Source: a virus
Taxonomy: Duplodnaviria; Heunggongvirae; Uroviricota; Caudoviricetes
Virus record (IMG/VR): IMGVR_UViG_2703718789_000002
Length of the DNA stretch: 7,067 nt
Reading direction: 5' to 3' (one strand)
Shown: positions 1-7,067 of the stretch, piece after piece
How positions within the stretch are numbered: position 1 is the first letter of the stretch
Layout: the number at the start of each line of letters is the position of its first letter
Program-made: the position numbers and the translations under genes
Notes under the pieces: generated by a model
The model's input: only the letters and a program-made list of their open reading frames with translations
Database searches by the model: none
Told to the model about the DNA's origin: nothing

Positions 1-471
1 CTGCTGATGATCAACTGGCTTTCCAAACTCGTATTTATCACAAGGATAATCGGCGTGGCAGATGACATATTTTTTTCCTTTACTCACCAGTTCGATGATT
101 AACGGAAGTTCATCTGCTTTATGGGCAAGAGCTTTAGCCAGAATTTCTTTGTCGTAATCGAGATTAAAGAACCAGCCACCGCCATTAAGCAGCCAGTGAT
201 TGACGTTTCCACGCTCTGATAAGCCATCAATCATCATTTGCTCATGGTTTCCACGTACAGCTCTGAACCAGGGGAATGTGATTAATTCCAGGCATTCTAC
301 GTTCTCTGTACCGCGATCAACCAAATCGCCCACCGAGATAAGCAGGTCTTTTTTGGTGTCGAATCCTATCGTCTCCAGTTTTTTCATCAGGTTCGTGTAG
401 CATCCGTGCAGATCGCCAACTACCCAAATATTTCGGTATTTGCTGCCATCAATTCTTTCGTAGATATTCAT
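1..471 (-). CDS. Serine/threonine protein phosphatase (lambda PPase/orf221-like), partial; C-terminus lies beyond the window's left edge
   Basis: Minus-strand ORF with ATG at 471 (cat 469-471), open to position 1. Translation [25 protein letters not shown]...GNHEQMM carries the GDLHG, GDLVDRG and GNHE motifs of calcineurin-like phosphoesterases and closely resembles lambda Ser/Thr phosphatase as I recall it. Confidence 0.9.
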   Translation of the reverse strand, partial: MNIYERIDGSKYRNIWVVGDLHGCYTNLMKKLETIGFDTKKDLLISVGDLVDRGTENVECLELITFPWFRAVRGNHEQMMIDGLSERGNVNHWLLNGGGWFFNLDYDKEILAKALAHKADELPLIIELVSKGKKYVICHADYPCDKYEFGKPVDHQQ

Positions 472-1091
472 GCAACCTCACTTCTGCTGTTTCGCAGTTT
501 TTTAAGTTTCTGTTGATACTCCGCCTTGATGGCCCTGCACTCTTCGACAGTCCAGCGATAGCGGTTATGGTTTGATTCGATTTCCTCTACTGCTTCCTGC
601 CCGATGCGGCTAATCAGTTCGACGCGATACGGAACGAGATTTCCGCTTTTGTGCTGGTTGCACACCACGCATTGCTTGTGAATATTGCGTTCATCAAATC
701 GGAGTTGAGGTGCCGCAGCAGTTGTCCGGTAATGTCCGGCATCCCACTGAGCAGACGTGAGCGTTCCGCACGAGATACATGGTAAGTCGCGGTCTCTTTC
801 TCTGATGAAGGCGTTTACGGCTTGTTGGGCTTGTTTAATCCAGTAACTGCGGGGCTTTAAGGCGAGTTTTTGAATCTTAAGTTTATCTTTCTGTTTCTGC
901 TCCTCTCGTCGTCGTTTCTTCTCTGCTGCCTTTTCTGCCTTTTCCGCTTTTTCGCGTTCTTTGCTTCGTCGTTCGAGTGCTATCTTGGTTCCACACTCTG
1001 GAGAGCACCACCACTGATTAGCGAATGCAGGGTGAAACCATTCCCGACATTCATCGTTTTTACATCGTCTTCGCGCTGGTTTAGCCATCAT
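468..1091 (-). CDS. ninG: NinG (Rap-like recombination-associated protein)
   Basis: 207-aa [24 protein letters not shown]... with Cys-rich N-terminus and K/E-rich low-complexity stretch, matching my recollection of lambda NinG. Stop at 468-470 abuts the phosphatase start at 471. Start at 1091 or 1088 (tandem ATG). Confidence 0.85.
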   Translation of the reverse strand: MMAKPARRRCKNDECREWFHPAFANQWWCSPECGTKIALERRSKEREKAEKAEKAAEKKRRREEQKQKDKLKIQKLALKPRSYWIKQAQQAVNAFIRERDRDLPCISCGTLTSAQWDAGHYRTTAAAPQLRFDERNIHKQCVVCNQHKSGNLVPYRVELISRIGQEAVEEIESNHNRYRWTVEECRAIKAEYQQKLKKLRNSRSEVA

Positions 1092-1251
1092 CTTCTTCCT
1101 CGTGCATCGAGCTATTCGAATCGCTCATCAGCTCTGCGCAGCAGTGCTCACACACGTGAACTTCCAGCACATGCAGCTTCTGACCGCAGTTAGCGCACGT
1201 TAAAGCTCGCTCGACGCTTTCTTGTTCGTAACTTCGATTTTGGTCAATCAC
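1081..1251 (-). CDS. ninF: NinF-like small Cys-rich protein (start codon uncertain)
   Basis: ORF ending ...[34 protein letters not shown]...EEEDDG, recognised as lambda NinF-like. The ORF track opens at a GTG at 1293, which would overlap ninE by 46 nt. An in-frame GTG at 1249-1251 directly abuts the ninE stop (GTGA overlap) and is my preferred start. No ATG is available. Confidence 0.6.
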   Translation of the reverse strand: MIDQNRSYEQESVERALTCANCGQKLHVLEVHVCEHCCAELMSDSNSSMHEEEDDG

Positions 1252-1430
1252 CTTGTTTTCCTCGCACAATGTCTTAGCCACCGGATATCCCACAGGTGAG
1301 CCGTGTAGTTGAAGGTTTTTACGTCAGATTCTTTTGGGATTGGCTTGCGTTTATTTCTGGAGCGTTTCGTTGGAAGGTATTTGCAGTTTTCGCAGATGAT
1401 GTCGGTGAAACTTCGTCGCTGTCGCCTCAT
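1248..1430 (-). CDS. ninE: NinE
   Basis: Internal ATG at 1430 (cat 1428-1430) gives 60 aa [60 protein letters not shown], matching lambda NinE length and sequence as recalled. The start overlaps the upstream gene's stop (ATGA). Confidence 0.85.
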   Translation of the reverse strand: MRRQRRSFTDIICENCKYLPTKRSRNKRKPIPKESDVKTFNYTAHLWDIRWLRHCARKTR

Positions 1431-1954
1431 GCCGCCCTCCTGACGCCCTGCCCGATCGCCATCAATGCCGCTTTGGATACGGTAGTAAACATCCGTCGAG
1501 GACTGATGAACGGTCGCCAAATCAGCAGCATGGAGCCTTTGCTGTTTCCCTTCTTCTCCAACCCTGTCGATGGTTCGATAAAATTAATCCGTCCATCAGT
1601 GATAATGCGAACTTCGTCGACACTCTCCAGAGCCTTGCTGAACCATCCGACTGACATATCCTCTGGCACAAGCATAACTACCGTCTGTCGCTGTTGTATG
1701 CACTGCTCAGCGGCTTTTTCCACCCACGGCCTGATATTGCTGTACGGTGGGTTATTCCAGATTGCACCGTGGCTTACCCACTCAAAATTGAGCGCGTCGT
1801 CGGCCTCAGTTAGCCAGTGAGCACACAGAGCATTTTTGTCGCTCGCTGCCGAATCCAGCCAGAATCCAAACTCAATATCCAGTGCATCAAAAAGCCAAAG
1901 CGGCGTTTGCCAGCAGTCCTTGTCGTGTGCTGGCGTATTTGATTTGATAGTCAT
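1427..1954 (-). CDS. Phage DNA N6-adenine methyltransferase (Dam family)
   Basis: 175 aa from ATG at 1954 (cat 1952-1954): [31 protein letters not shown]...[18 protein letters not shown]... The NPPY motif (motif IV of N6-adenine MTases) and the CWQTP N-terminus are typical of the phage Dam MTase family. It sits where lambda has ninC/ninD. The longer ORF-track start at 2014 is rejected because it would overlap ninB by 60 nt. Confidence 0.8.
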   Translation of the reverse strand: MTIKSNTPAHDKDCWQTPLWLFDALDIEFGFWLDSAASDKNALCAHWLTEADDALNFEWVSHGAIWNNPPYSNIRPWVEKAAEQCIQQRQTVVMLVPEDMSVGWFSKALESVDEVRIITDGRINFIEPSTGLEKKGNSKGSMLLIWRPFISPRRMFTTVSKAALMAIGQGVRRAA

Positions 1955-2391
1955 GCAGCCCGATCTCCCCATCTCGCTTTCCACTCCAGAGCCAGTCTCG
2001 CTTCGTCTGACCACTTAACGCCACGCTCTGTACCGAATGCCTGTATAAGCTCTAATAGCTCCGCAAATTCGCCTACACGCATCCTGCTGGTTGACTGGCC
2101 TATTACCACAAAGCCATTCCCGGCAAGGTTAGGAACAACATCCTGCTGCTTTAATGCTGCGGTAAACACACACTTCCAGCTTTCTGCATCCAGCCAGCGA
2201 CCATGCCATTCAACCTGACGAGAGACGTCACCTAAGCAGGCCCATAGCTTCCTGTTTTGGTCTAAGCTGCGGTTGCGTTCCTGAATGGTTACTACGATTG
2301 GTTTGGTTGGGTCTGGAAGGATTTGCTGTACTGCGTGAATAGCGTTTTGCTGATGTGCTGGAGATCGAATTTCAAAGGTTAGTTTTTTCAT
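1951..2391 (-). CDS. ninB: NinB (Orf-family recombination mediator)
   Basis: 146 aa from ATG at 2391 (cat 2389-2391): MKKLTFEIRSPAHQQNAIHAVQQILPDPTKPIVVTIQERNRSLDQNRKLWACLGDV..., which I recognise as lambda NinB. Stop overlaps the MTase start (ATGA). Confidence 0.9.
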   Translation of the reverse strand: MKKLTFEIRSPAHQQNAIHAVQQILPDPTKPIVVTIQERNRSLDQNRKLWACLGDVSRQVEWHGRWLDAESWKCVFTAALKQQDVVPNLAGNGFVVIGQSTSRMRVGEFAELLELIQAFGTERGVKWSDEARLALEWKARWGDRAA

Positions 2392-2404
2392 GACTTCCCT
2401 CTCC

Positions 2405-2440
2405 CCCAAATAAAAAGGCCTGCGATTACCAGCAGGCCTG
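2405..2440 (-). terminator. Rho-independent terminator, lambda tR2-like
   Basis: Read on the minus strand: AGGCCTGC (2439-2432), loop, GCAGGCCT (2423-2416), then TTTTTATTT (2415-2407). Perfect 8-bp GC-rich stem plus U-tract, between ren and ninB where lambda tR2 lies. Confidence 0.85.
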
Positions 2441-2464
2441 TTATTAGCTCAGTAATGTAGATGG

Positions 2465-2755
2465 TCATCTTTTAACTCCATATACCGCCAATACCCGTTT
2501 CATCGCGGCACTCTGGCGACACTCCTTAAAAACCAGGTTCGTGCTCATCTTTCCTTCCCGTTCTTCCCTGGTAGCAAACCGGTAATACACCGTTCGCCAG
2601 ACCTTACCTTCGATAACCAGAAGACCTGCCCGTGCCATTTTAGCCGCGGCCTGATTTATGCTGGTTACTGTTGCGCCTGTTAGCGCGGCAACGTCCGGCG
2701 CACAGAAGCTATTATGCGTCCTCAGGTAATGAATAATTGCCTCTTTGCCCGTCAT
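2465..2755 (-). CDS. ren: Ren protein
   Basis: 96 aa MTGKEAIIHYLRTHNSFCAPDVAALTGATVTSINQAAAKMARAGLLVIEGKVWRTVYY..., matching lambda Ren as recalled. Start overlaps the P stop. Confidence 0.9.
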   Translation of the reverse strand: MTGKEAIIHYLRTHNSFCAPDVAALTGATVTSINQAAAKMARAGLLVIEGKVWRTVYYRFATREEREGKMSTNLVFKECRQSAAMKRVLAVYGVKR

Positions 2756-3453
2756 ACACTTGCTCCTTTCAGTCCGAACTTAGCTTTGATTTCTGCGATC
2801 TTCGCCAGAGCCTGTGCACGATTTAGAGGTCTACCGCCCATGACAGGAAGTTGTTTTACTGGTTCAGGGATCGCCTCACCACGGTTAATTCTCGCAGTCA
2901 TATGGACAAGCTCATCTGCGGCCTTACGGCGTAATTCCGCATCAGTAAGCGCATTGGCCCGCATGTTCTGATACAGGTTGGTAACCAGCCAGTAGTGCGC
3001 GTTTGATTTCCACGGATAAGACTCCGCATCCGGATACAGGCCTCGCTTCCGGCAATACTCGTAAACCATATCAACCAGCTCGCTGACGTTTGGCAGTCCG
3101 GCGATAACGGATGCTTCTTCCCGGCACCATGCAACAAACTGCCCGGGTGATGGCAGAAATGGTCGATTCTGCCGACGGGCTACGCGCATTCCTGCGTTAA
3201 CCTGTTCCATTGTGGTGATCCCGTTTTCCCGGAAAGCCAGAACCCACTGGCGGCGGATTTCGTTCAGTTCGTTCTGGTCACGGTTAGCCAGACTCGCCGG
3301 GAAAGTTGCCAGTAACTGGCTGAACACACCGTTGATGATCTGCGCTACCTGCTGTACCTGCGGCTTTTCGTCGTACTGTTCCGGCATGTTGTTGGCGATC
3401 CTACACATCTGCTCACGGTCAAAGTTAACCATCTGTGCGGCGATGTTTTTCAT
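2752..3453 (-). CDS. P: Replication protein P (DnaB helicase loader)
   Basis: 233 aa MKNIAAQMVNFDREQMCRIANNMPEQYDEKPQVQQ..., recognised as lambda P. ATGA overlap with the O stop at 3450-3453. Confidence 0.93.
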   Translation of the reverse strand: MKNIAAQMVNFDREQMCRIANNMPEQYDEKPQVQQVAQIINGVFSQLLATFPASLANRDQNELNEIRRQWVLAFRENGITTMEQVNAGMRVARRQNRPFLPSPGQFVAWCREEASVIAGLPNVSELVDMVYEYCRKRGLYPDAESYPWKSNAHYWLVTNLYQNMRANALTDAELRRKAADELVHMTARINRGEAIPEPVKQLPVMGGRPLNRAQALAKIAEIKAKFGLKGASV

Positions 3454-4349
3454 AGATCCACCCCGTAAATCCAGTCTGTGTTTGTCAGGTCGAGTTTTGG
3501 TTTGCTGGCTGTCACGACTGCCTGTTGCTTGTTACGGTTGATTTCGAGCTGGGTCCACTTGTCGCGGAGTTTGGCCGGGCTCAGCACGTTACCGGACCAG
3601 AAGTTGTCCTGGCATGCCCAGCGGAACAGCACGCACATGTCGCGGTGGTTACGTCCGTCACGTTCACGCATCAGGCGGATATCGTTAGCCCACCCAGCAA
3701 AATTCGGTTTTCTGGCTGATGGTGCGATAGTCTTCACCATGTCAAACATCCACTCTGCGGCGGTCAGGTCTTCTGCTGTCCCCCACTTGCTGCCGCTCTG
3801 AATTGCAGCATCCGGTTTCACCACAGAAAGGTCGTTTTCTGGCTGGTCAGAGGATTCGCCAGAATTCTCTGACGAATAATCTTTTCTTTTTTCTTTTGTA
3901 ATAGTGTCTTTTGTGTCCCCCTGTTTTGAGGGATAGCAATCCCCCAATTTGAGGGATGTTTTATCCCTCGTTTTAGGGGATTTTCCCTCGTTTTGAGGGA
4001 TGCACCATTCTGAGATGTTTTTATTTGGTCCAAACATGCCGCCTTGCTGCTTGATAATATTCATTCTGACGAGTTCTAACTTGGCTTCATTGCACCGTTT
4101 GACGGGTAACTTTGTAATCTCGCTAAGTTGAGAATCGGTGATTCTGTCCATTGGTTTATTCCACCCATAGGTTTTACGCAGAATGGCAAGCAGCACTTTA
4201 AACTGTCGCTTGGTCAGATCTGCGCCCGAATAAGCCTCAAGCAGCATATTTGATAGTCTGGCGTAACCATCATCGAGATCTGCCACATTACGCTCCTGTC
4301 CGGCAAAGTTACCTCTGCCGAAGTTGAGTATTTTTGCTGTATTTGTCAT
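3450..4349 (-). CDS. O: Replication initiator protein O
   Basis: 299 aa MTNTAKILNFGRGNFAGQERNVADLDDGYARLSNMLLEAYSG..., recognised as lambda O. The gene contains the iteron array (ori) in its middle, as in lambda. Confidence 0.93.
   Translation of the reverse strand: MTNTAKILNFGRGNFAGQERNVADLDDGYARLSNMLLEAYSGADLTKRQFKVLLAILRKTYGWNKPMDRITDSQLSEITKLPVKRCNEAKLELVRMNIIKQQGGMFGPNKNISEWCIPQNEGKSPKTRDKTSLKLGDCYPSKQGDTKDTITKEKRKDYSSENSGESSDQPENDLSVVKPDAAIQSGSKWGTAEDLTAAEWMFDMVKTIAPSARKPNFAGWANDIRLMRERDGRNHRDMCVLFRWACQDNFWSGNVLSPAKLRDKWTQLEINRNKQQAVVTASKPKLDLTNTDWIYGVDL
3880..4005. repeat. ori-lambda-like replication origin: four ~17-18 bp iterons plus adjacent AT-rich region, embedded in O
   Basis: Iterons on the plus strand: tccccctgttttgaggga (3916-3933), tcccccaatttgaggga (3940-3956), tccctcgttttagggga (3964-3980), tccctcgttttgaggga (3984-4000). 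Each is an inverted repeat TCCC...GGGA. Flanked at 3880-3915 by an AT-rich run (ttttctttttt cttttgtaatagtgtcttttgtg). Confidence 0.9.
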
Positions 4350-4359
4350 AATGACTCCT
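4324..4359 (+). promoter_or_regulatory. pO promoter for oop RNA
   Basis: TTGAGT (4324-4329), 17-nt spacer, CATAAT (4347-4352), with the oop 5' end about 7 nt downstream at 4360. Confidence 0.7.
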
Positions 4360-4436
4360 GTTGATAGATCCAGTAATGACCTCAGAACTCCATCTGGATT
4401 TGTTCAGAACGCTCGGTTGCCGCCGGGCGTTTTTTA
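4360..4436 (+). ncRNA. oop: oop antisense RNA (77 nt), overlapping the 3' end of cII
   Basis: Plus-strand gttgatagatccagtaatgacctcagaactccatctggatttgttcagaacgctcggttgccgccgggcgtttttt matches the lambda oop RNA sequence as I recall it. It ends in a GC-rich hairpin plus T-run (4430-4436) and is antisense to cII codons at 4382-4436. Confidence 0.85.
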
Positions 4437-4675
4437 TTGGTGAGAATCGCAGCAACTTGTCGCGCCAATCGAGCCATGTCGTCGTCAACGCCCCCCCATT
4501 CAAGAACAGCAAGCAGCATTGAGAACTTGGGAATCCAGTCTCTCTTCCACCTGCTGATCTGCGACTTATCAACTCCCACAGCTTCCGCTGTCTTCTCAGT
4601 TCCAAGCATTGCGATTTTGTTAAGCAACGCACTCTCGATTCGTAGTGCCTCGTTGCGTTTGTTTGCACGAACCAT
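4382..4675 (-). CDS. cII: Transcriptional activator cII
   Basis: 97 aa from ATG at 4675 (cat 4673-4675): MVRANKRNEALRIESALLNKIAMLGTEKTAEAVGVDKSQISRWKRDW..., recognised as lambda cII. The longer ORF-track start at 4735 is rejected. Confidence 0.93.
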   Translation of the reverse strand: MVRANKRNEALRIESALLNKIAMLGTEKTAEAVGVDKSQISRWKRDWIPKFSMLLAVLEWGGVDDDMARLARQVAAILTNKKRPAATERSEQIQMEF

Positions 4676-4695
4676 ATGTAAGTATTTCCTTAGAT
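4650..4695 (+). promoter_or_regulatory. pRE (cII-dependent establishment promoter) with TTGC-N6-TTGC cII site
   Basis: Plus strand ttgcgtttgtttgc (4653-4666) is the direct TTGC repeat bound by cII. A -10-like aagtat lies at 4680-4685. The promoter overlaps the cII start and is oriented toward cro/cI (antisense to cro), as in lambda. Confidence 0.75.
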
Positions 4696-4754
4696 AACAA
4701 TTGATTGAATGTATGCAAATAAATGCATACACCATAGGTGTGGTTTAATTGGAT

Positions 4755-4786
4755 GCCCTTTTTCAGGGCTGTGATGTGTAAGAGCG
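4755..4786 (-). promoter_or_regulatory. nutR-like N-utilisation site (boxA + boxB hairpin), in the cro-cII spacer that also holds the tR1 region
   Basis: On the minus strand boxA CGCTCTTAC (complement of 4778-4786) is followed by boxB hairpin GCCCTGAAAAAGGGC (complement of 4755-4769). Order and spacing relative to cro and cII are as in lambda. A palindrome gtatgcaaataaatgcatac (4711-4730) lies between boxB and cII. Confidence 0.8.
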
Positions 4787-4793
4787 GTGTTAT

Positions 4794-5808
<1,015 letters not shown>

Positions 5809-5858
5809 TGATAAGTCGCCGAGATGCTCGTAGAGCATACAGCGATGCAGGAGAATTT

Positions 5859-6293
5859 ATGGCACTTAATTTAGAAAGAATATCTTTTATAACCCCATTT
5901 GATAGCAGCGAAGAACCCAACCAACCGACGCTTAATTTTACATGCAATGAATTTCCTGCGCGGCTATCAATTGATTTCAGGGTTGGTATGATCGGGTTGA
6001 AACCAAATTCAAGATATAATTTGGGTATTATGGTAATCCCCGCGCACCTAATTATAAAAAAAGGTGAGGAAATTCAATTCCCTGACGGCTCTTCGGAATC
6101 AGTTTCACTTTTCATCGATACGAAAGATAGCCATTTTGAAACAGGGGTTGGCGGACAGGTAATAGTAACATTGAAAGAAATTAGGATCCCAGCTAAAGGG
6201 CTGTATAGTGTTATAGGGAGATTGCAAGATAATGAAGACCCTAAAAATGAACTTCATAAAAATGAATCATTTTTCACCGTAGAGCTATTATGA
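5859..6293 (+). CDS. Hypothetical protein (soluble, ~144 aa), first gene of the cassette that occupies the rexA position
   Basis: ORF in frame with ORF-track 5805..6293. Preferred start is ATG 5859-5861, preceded by AGGAG (5849-5853) at 5-nt spacing. GTG 5805 and ATG 5808 are alternatives without a good SD. Translation MALNLERISFITPFDSSEEPNQPTLNFTCNEF...ESFFTVELL has no hydrophobic segment and no motif I recognise. It is not similar to lambda RexA. Confidence 0.7.
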   Translation: MALNLERISFITPFDSSEEPNQPTLNFTCNEFPARLSIDFRVGMIGLKPNSRYNLGIMVIPAHLIIKKGEEIQFPDGSSESVSLFIDTKDSHFETGVGGQVIVTLKEIRIPAKGLYSVIGRLQDNEDPKNELHKNESFFTVELL

Positions 6294-6892
6294 GTGACGA
6301 CAGCAATTTAAATAATCATGGAAAGCAAGACACCAACATATCTGAAAGCCGGAGGTTGAAGGTTGTTGGCGGTTCCGATTTTGAGGCTGAATTTGATAAT
6401 TCTCCCACCAAGGTGCAAAATAATTACATAAAACCGCCACAAACGGAGGAAGAAGTGGGAACGATCAGCAGAGAGGAACTTGATGCTCGCTTAGCTGCTA
6501 ATAAAGCAGAGATGGAGTCTATTGCTTCTTCCATTAGGGCTGACATGGCTCTATCTCGTGAAAGCGTTAATGTCCAATTTGCATCACTTAATGCGGCCAT
6601 AAGCTCTCTATCGTCCAAGATCGATGGAAAAATGGATAGCGCTGCTGGCGATTTAAAAGCAATTAATGGGAGATTCGAAGGAATTCAAGGACAAATAACA
6701 GGGGTTAATACCGCAATTAGTGGTGTTCAGTCGGGTATTTCTATACGATTAGCCATTTTTAGTGTCATTATCGCTGTAATAGTTGCGATTCCCGGGCTGG
6801 TATCAGCTTTAAAGTCAGACCACGCACCTTTGCAAGCGCCGCCACAAAATACCCAGCCAACAGACAACAAAAAAATCACTCCCCAGCATTAA
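6290..6892 (+). CDS. Hypothetical membrane-anchored coiled-coil protein (200 aa, single C-terminal TM helix), second gene of the cassette in the rexB position
   Basis: ATG 6290 overlaps the upstream stop (ATGA at 6290-6293). Polar N-terminus, then Ala/Ser/Ile-rich heptad-like helical region (aa ~60-150: REELDARLAANKAEMESIASSIRADMALSRESVNVQFASLNAAISSLSSKIDGK...), then hydrophobic helix LAIFSVIIAVIVAIPGLVSAL (aa 154-174, nt ~6749-6811), then a short Pro/Gln-rich tail. Not similar to lambda RexB, which is polytopic. Confidence 0.8.
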   Translation: MSDDSNLNNHGKQDTNISESRRLKVVGGSDFEAEFDNSPTKVQNNYIKPPQTEEEVGTISREELDARLAANKAEMESIASSIRADMALSRESVNVQFASLNAAISSLSSKIDGKMDSAAGDLKAINGRFEGIQGQITGVNTAISGVQSGISIRLAIFSVIIAVIVAIPGLVSALKSDHAPLQAPPQNTQPTDNKKITPQH

Positions 6893-6918
6893 CCCGGCCT
6901 CAGCGCCGGTTTTTCTTT
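6893..6918 (+). terminator. Putative Rho-independent terminator downstream of the cassette
   Basis: CCGGC (6894-6898), 6-nt loop, GCCGG (6905-6909), then TTTTTCTTT (6910-6918), immediately after the ORF B stop (taa 6890-6892). The stem is short (5 bp, all GC), so confidence is moderate. Confidence 0.55.
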
Positions 6919-7067
6919 GCCTCACGATCGCCCCACCTAAAAACACATAACCAATTGTATTTATTGGAAAATAAATAGATACAACTCACTAAACAACGCA
7001 ATTCTGATCTCTCCTTACATCGCCGAGGCAATACACTCACTCGTAAGCGTACAGCCTGAACCGTCTG

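Noticed and set aside
200-400. 66-aa plus-strand ORF
   Set aside because: Lies entirely antisense within the well-supported phosphatase gene; no RBS and no recognisable product.
870-1193. 107-aa plus-strand ORF with Leu/Phe-rich low-complexity sequence
   Set aside because: It is the antisense shadow of the Lys/Glu-rich low-complexity stretch of NinG, not a likely membrane protein gene.
1296-2018. Plus-strand ORFs 1296-1820 (174 aa) and 1836-2018 (60 aa)
   Set aside because: Antisense to the methyltransferase, ninE and ninB genes, which have strong sequence identity support; treated as chance ORFs.
2714-3541. ORFs 2714-2971 (+), 2898-3137 (-), 3212-3541 (+)
   Set aside because: Alternate-frame or antisense ORFs nested inside ren/P/O; the lambda-like proteins account for this DNA.
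3916-4000. Possible CRISPR array (four short direct repeats)
   Set aside because: The repeats are ~17-18 bp internally palindromic iterons with 6-7 bp spacers inside the O gene, which is the ori-lambda signature. There are no CRISPR-length repeats or spacers and no cas genes.
3478-4033. ORFs 3478-3801 (+), 3525-3719 (+), 3818-4033 (-)
   Set aside because: Nested inside gene O; the 3818-4033 ORF simply spans the iteron array in another frame.
4309-4735. ORFs 4309-4668 (-), 4437-4697 (+), and the extended 117-aa cII ORF starting at 4735
   Set aside because: cII starts at the internal ATG 4675 (97 aa, the lambda length); the other two are alternate-frame or antisense ORFs over cII and oop.
6424-6618. 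64-aa minus-strand ORF
   Set aside because: Antisense within ORF B; no start context, and ORF B's coiled-coil and TM organisation argues the plus-strand frame is the real one.
5859-6892. Calling the two cassette ORFs rexA and rexB by position
   Set aside because: Neither translation resembles lambda RexA (~279 aa) or RexB (~144 aa, polytopic) as I recall them; sizes and topology differ. Only the genomic position is shared.

Overview
This window is the immunity/replication/nin segment of a lambda-type (imm-lambda-like) temperate phage or prophage, in reverse orientation relative to the conventional lambda map. Lambda-like genes run on the minus strand: a partial Ser/Thr phosphatase, ninG, ninF, ninE, a Dam-family N6-adenine methyltransferase, ninB, tR2, ren, P, O (with ori iterons inside it), cII (with oop antisense RNA and pRE) and cro. 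The OR1-3/PR/PRM switch and cI follow on the plus strand. The notable part is immediately downstream of cI (about 5809-6920), where lambda carries rexA-rexB. Here there is instead an AT-rich two-gene cassette: a roughly 144-aa soluble protein and a 200-aa coiled-coil protein with one C-terminal transmembrane helix, translationally coupled and followed by a terminator. I recognise neither as RexA/RexB or any other family. From position and architecture it is a candidate lysogen-expressed exclusion or abortive-infection module, which is inference only. All comparisons to lambda are from memory, not from a search.
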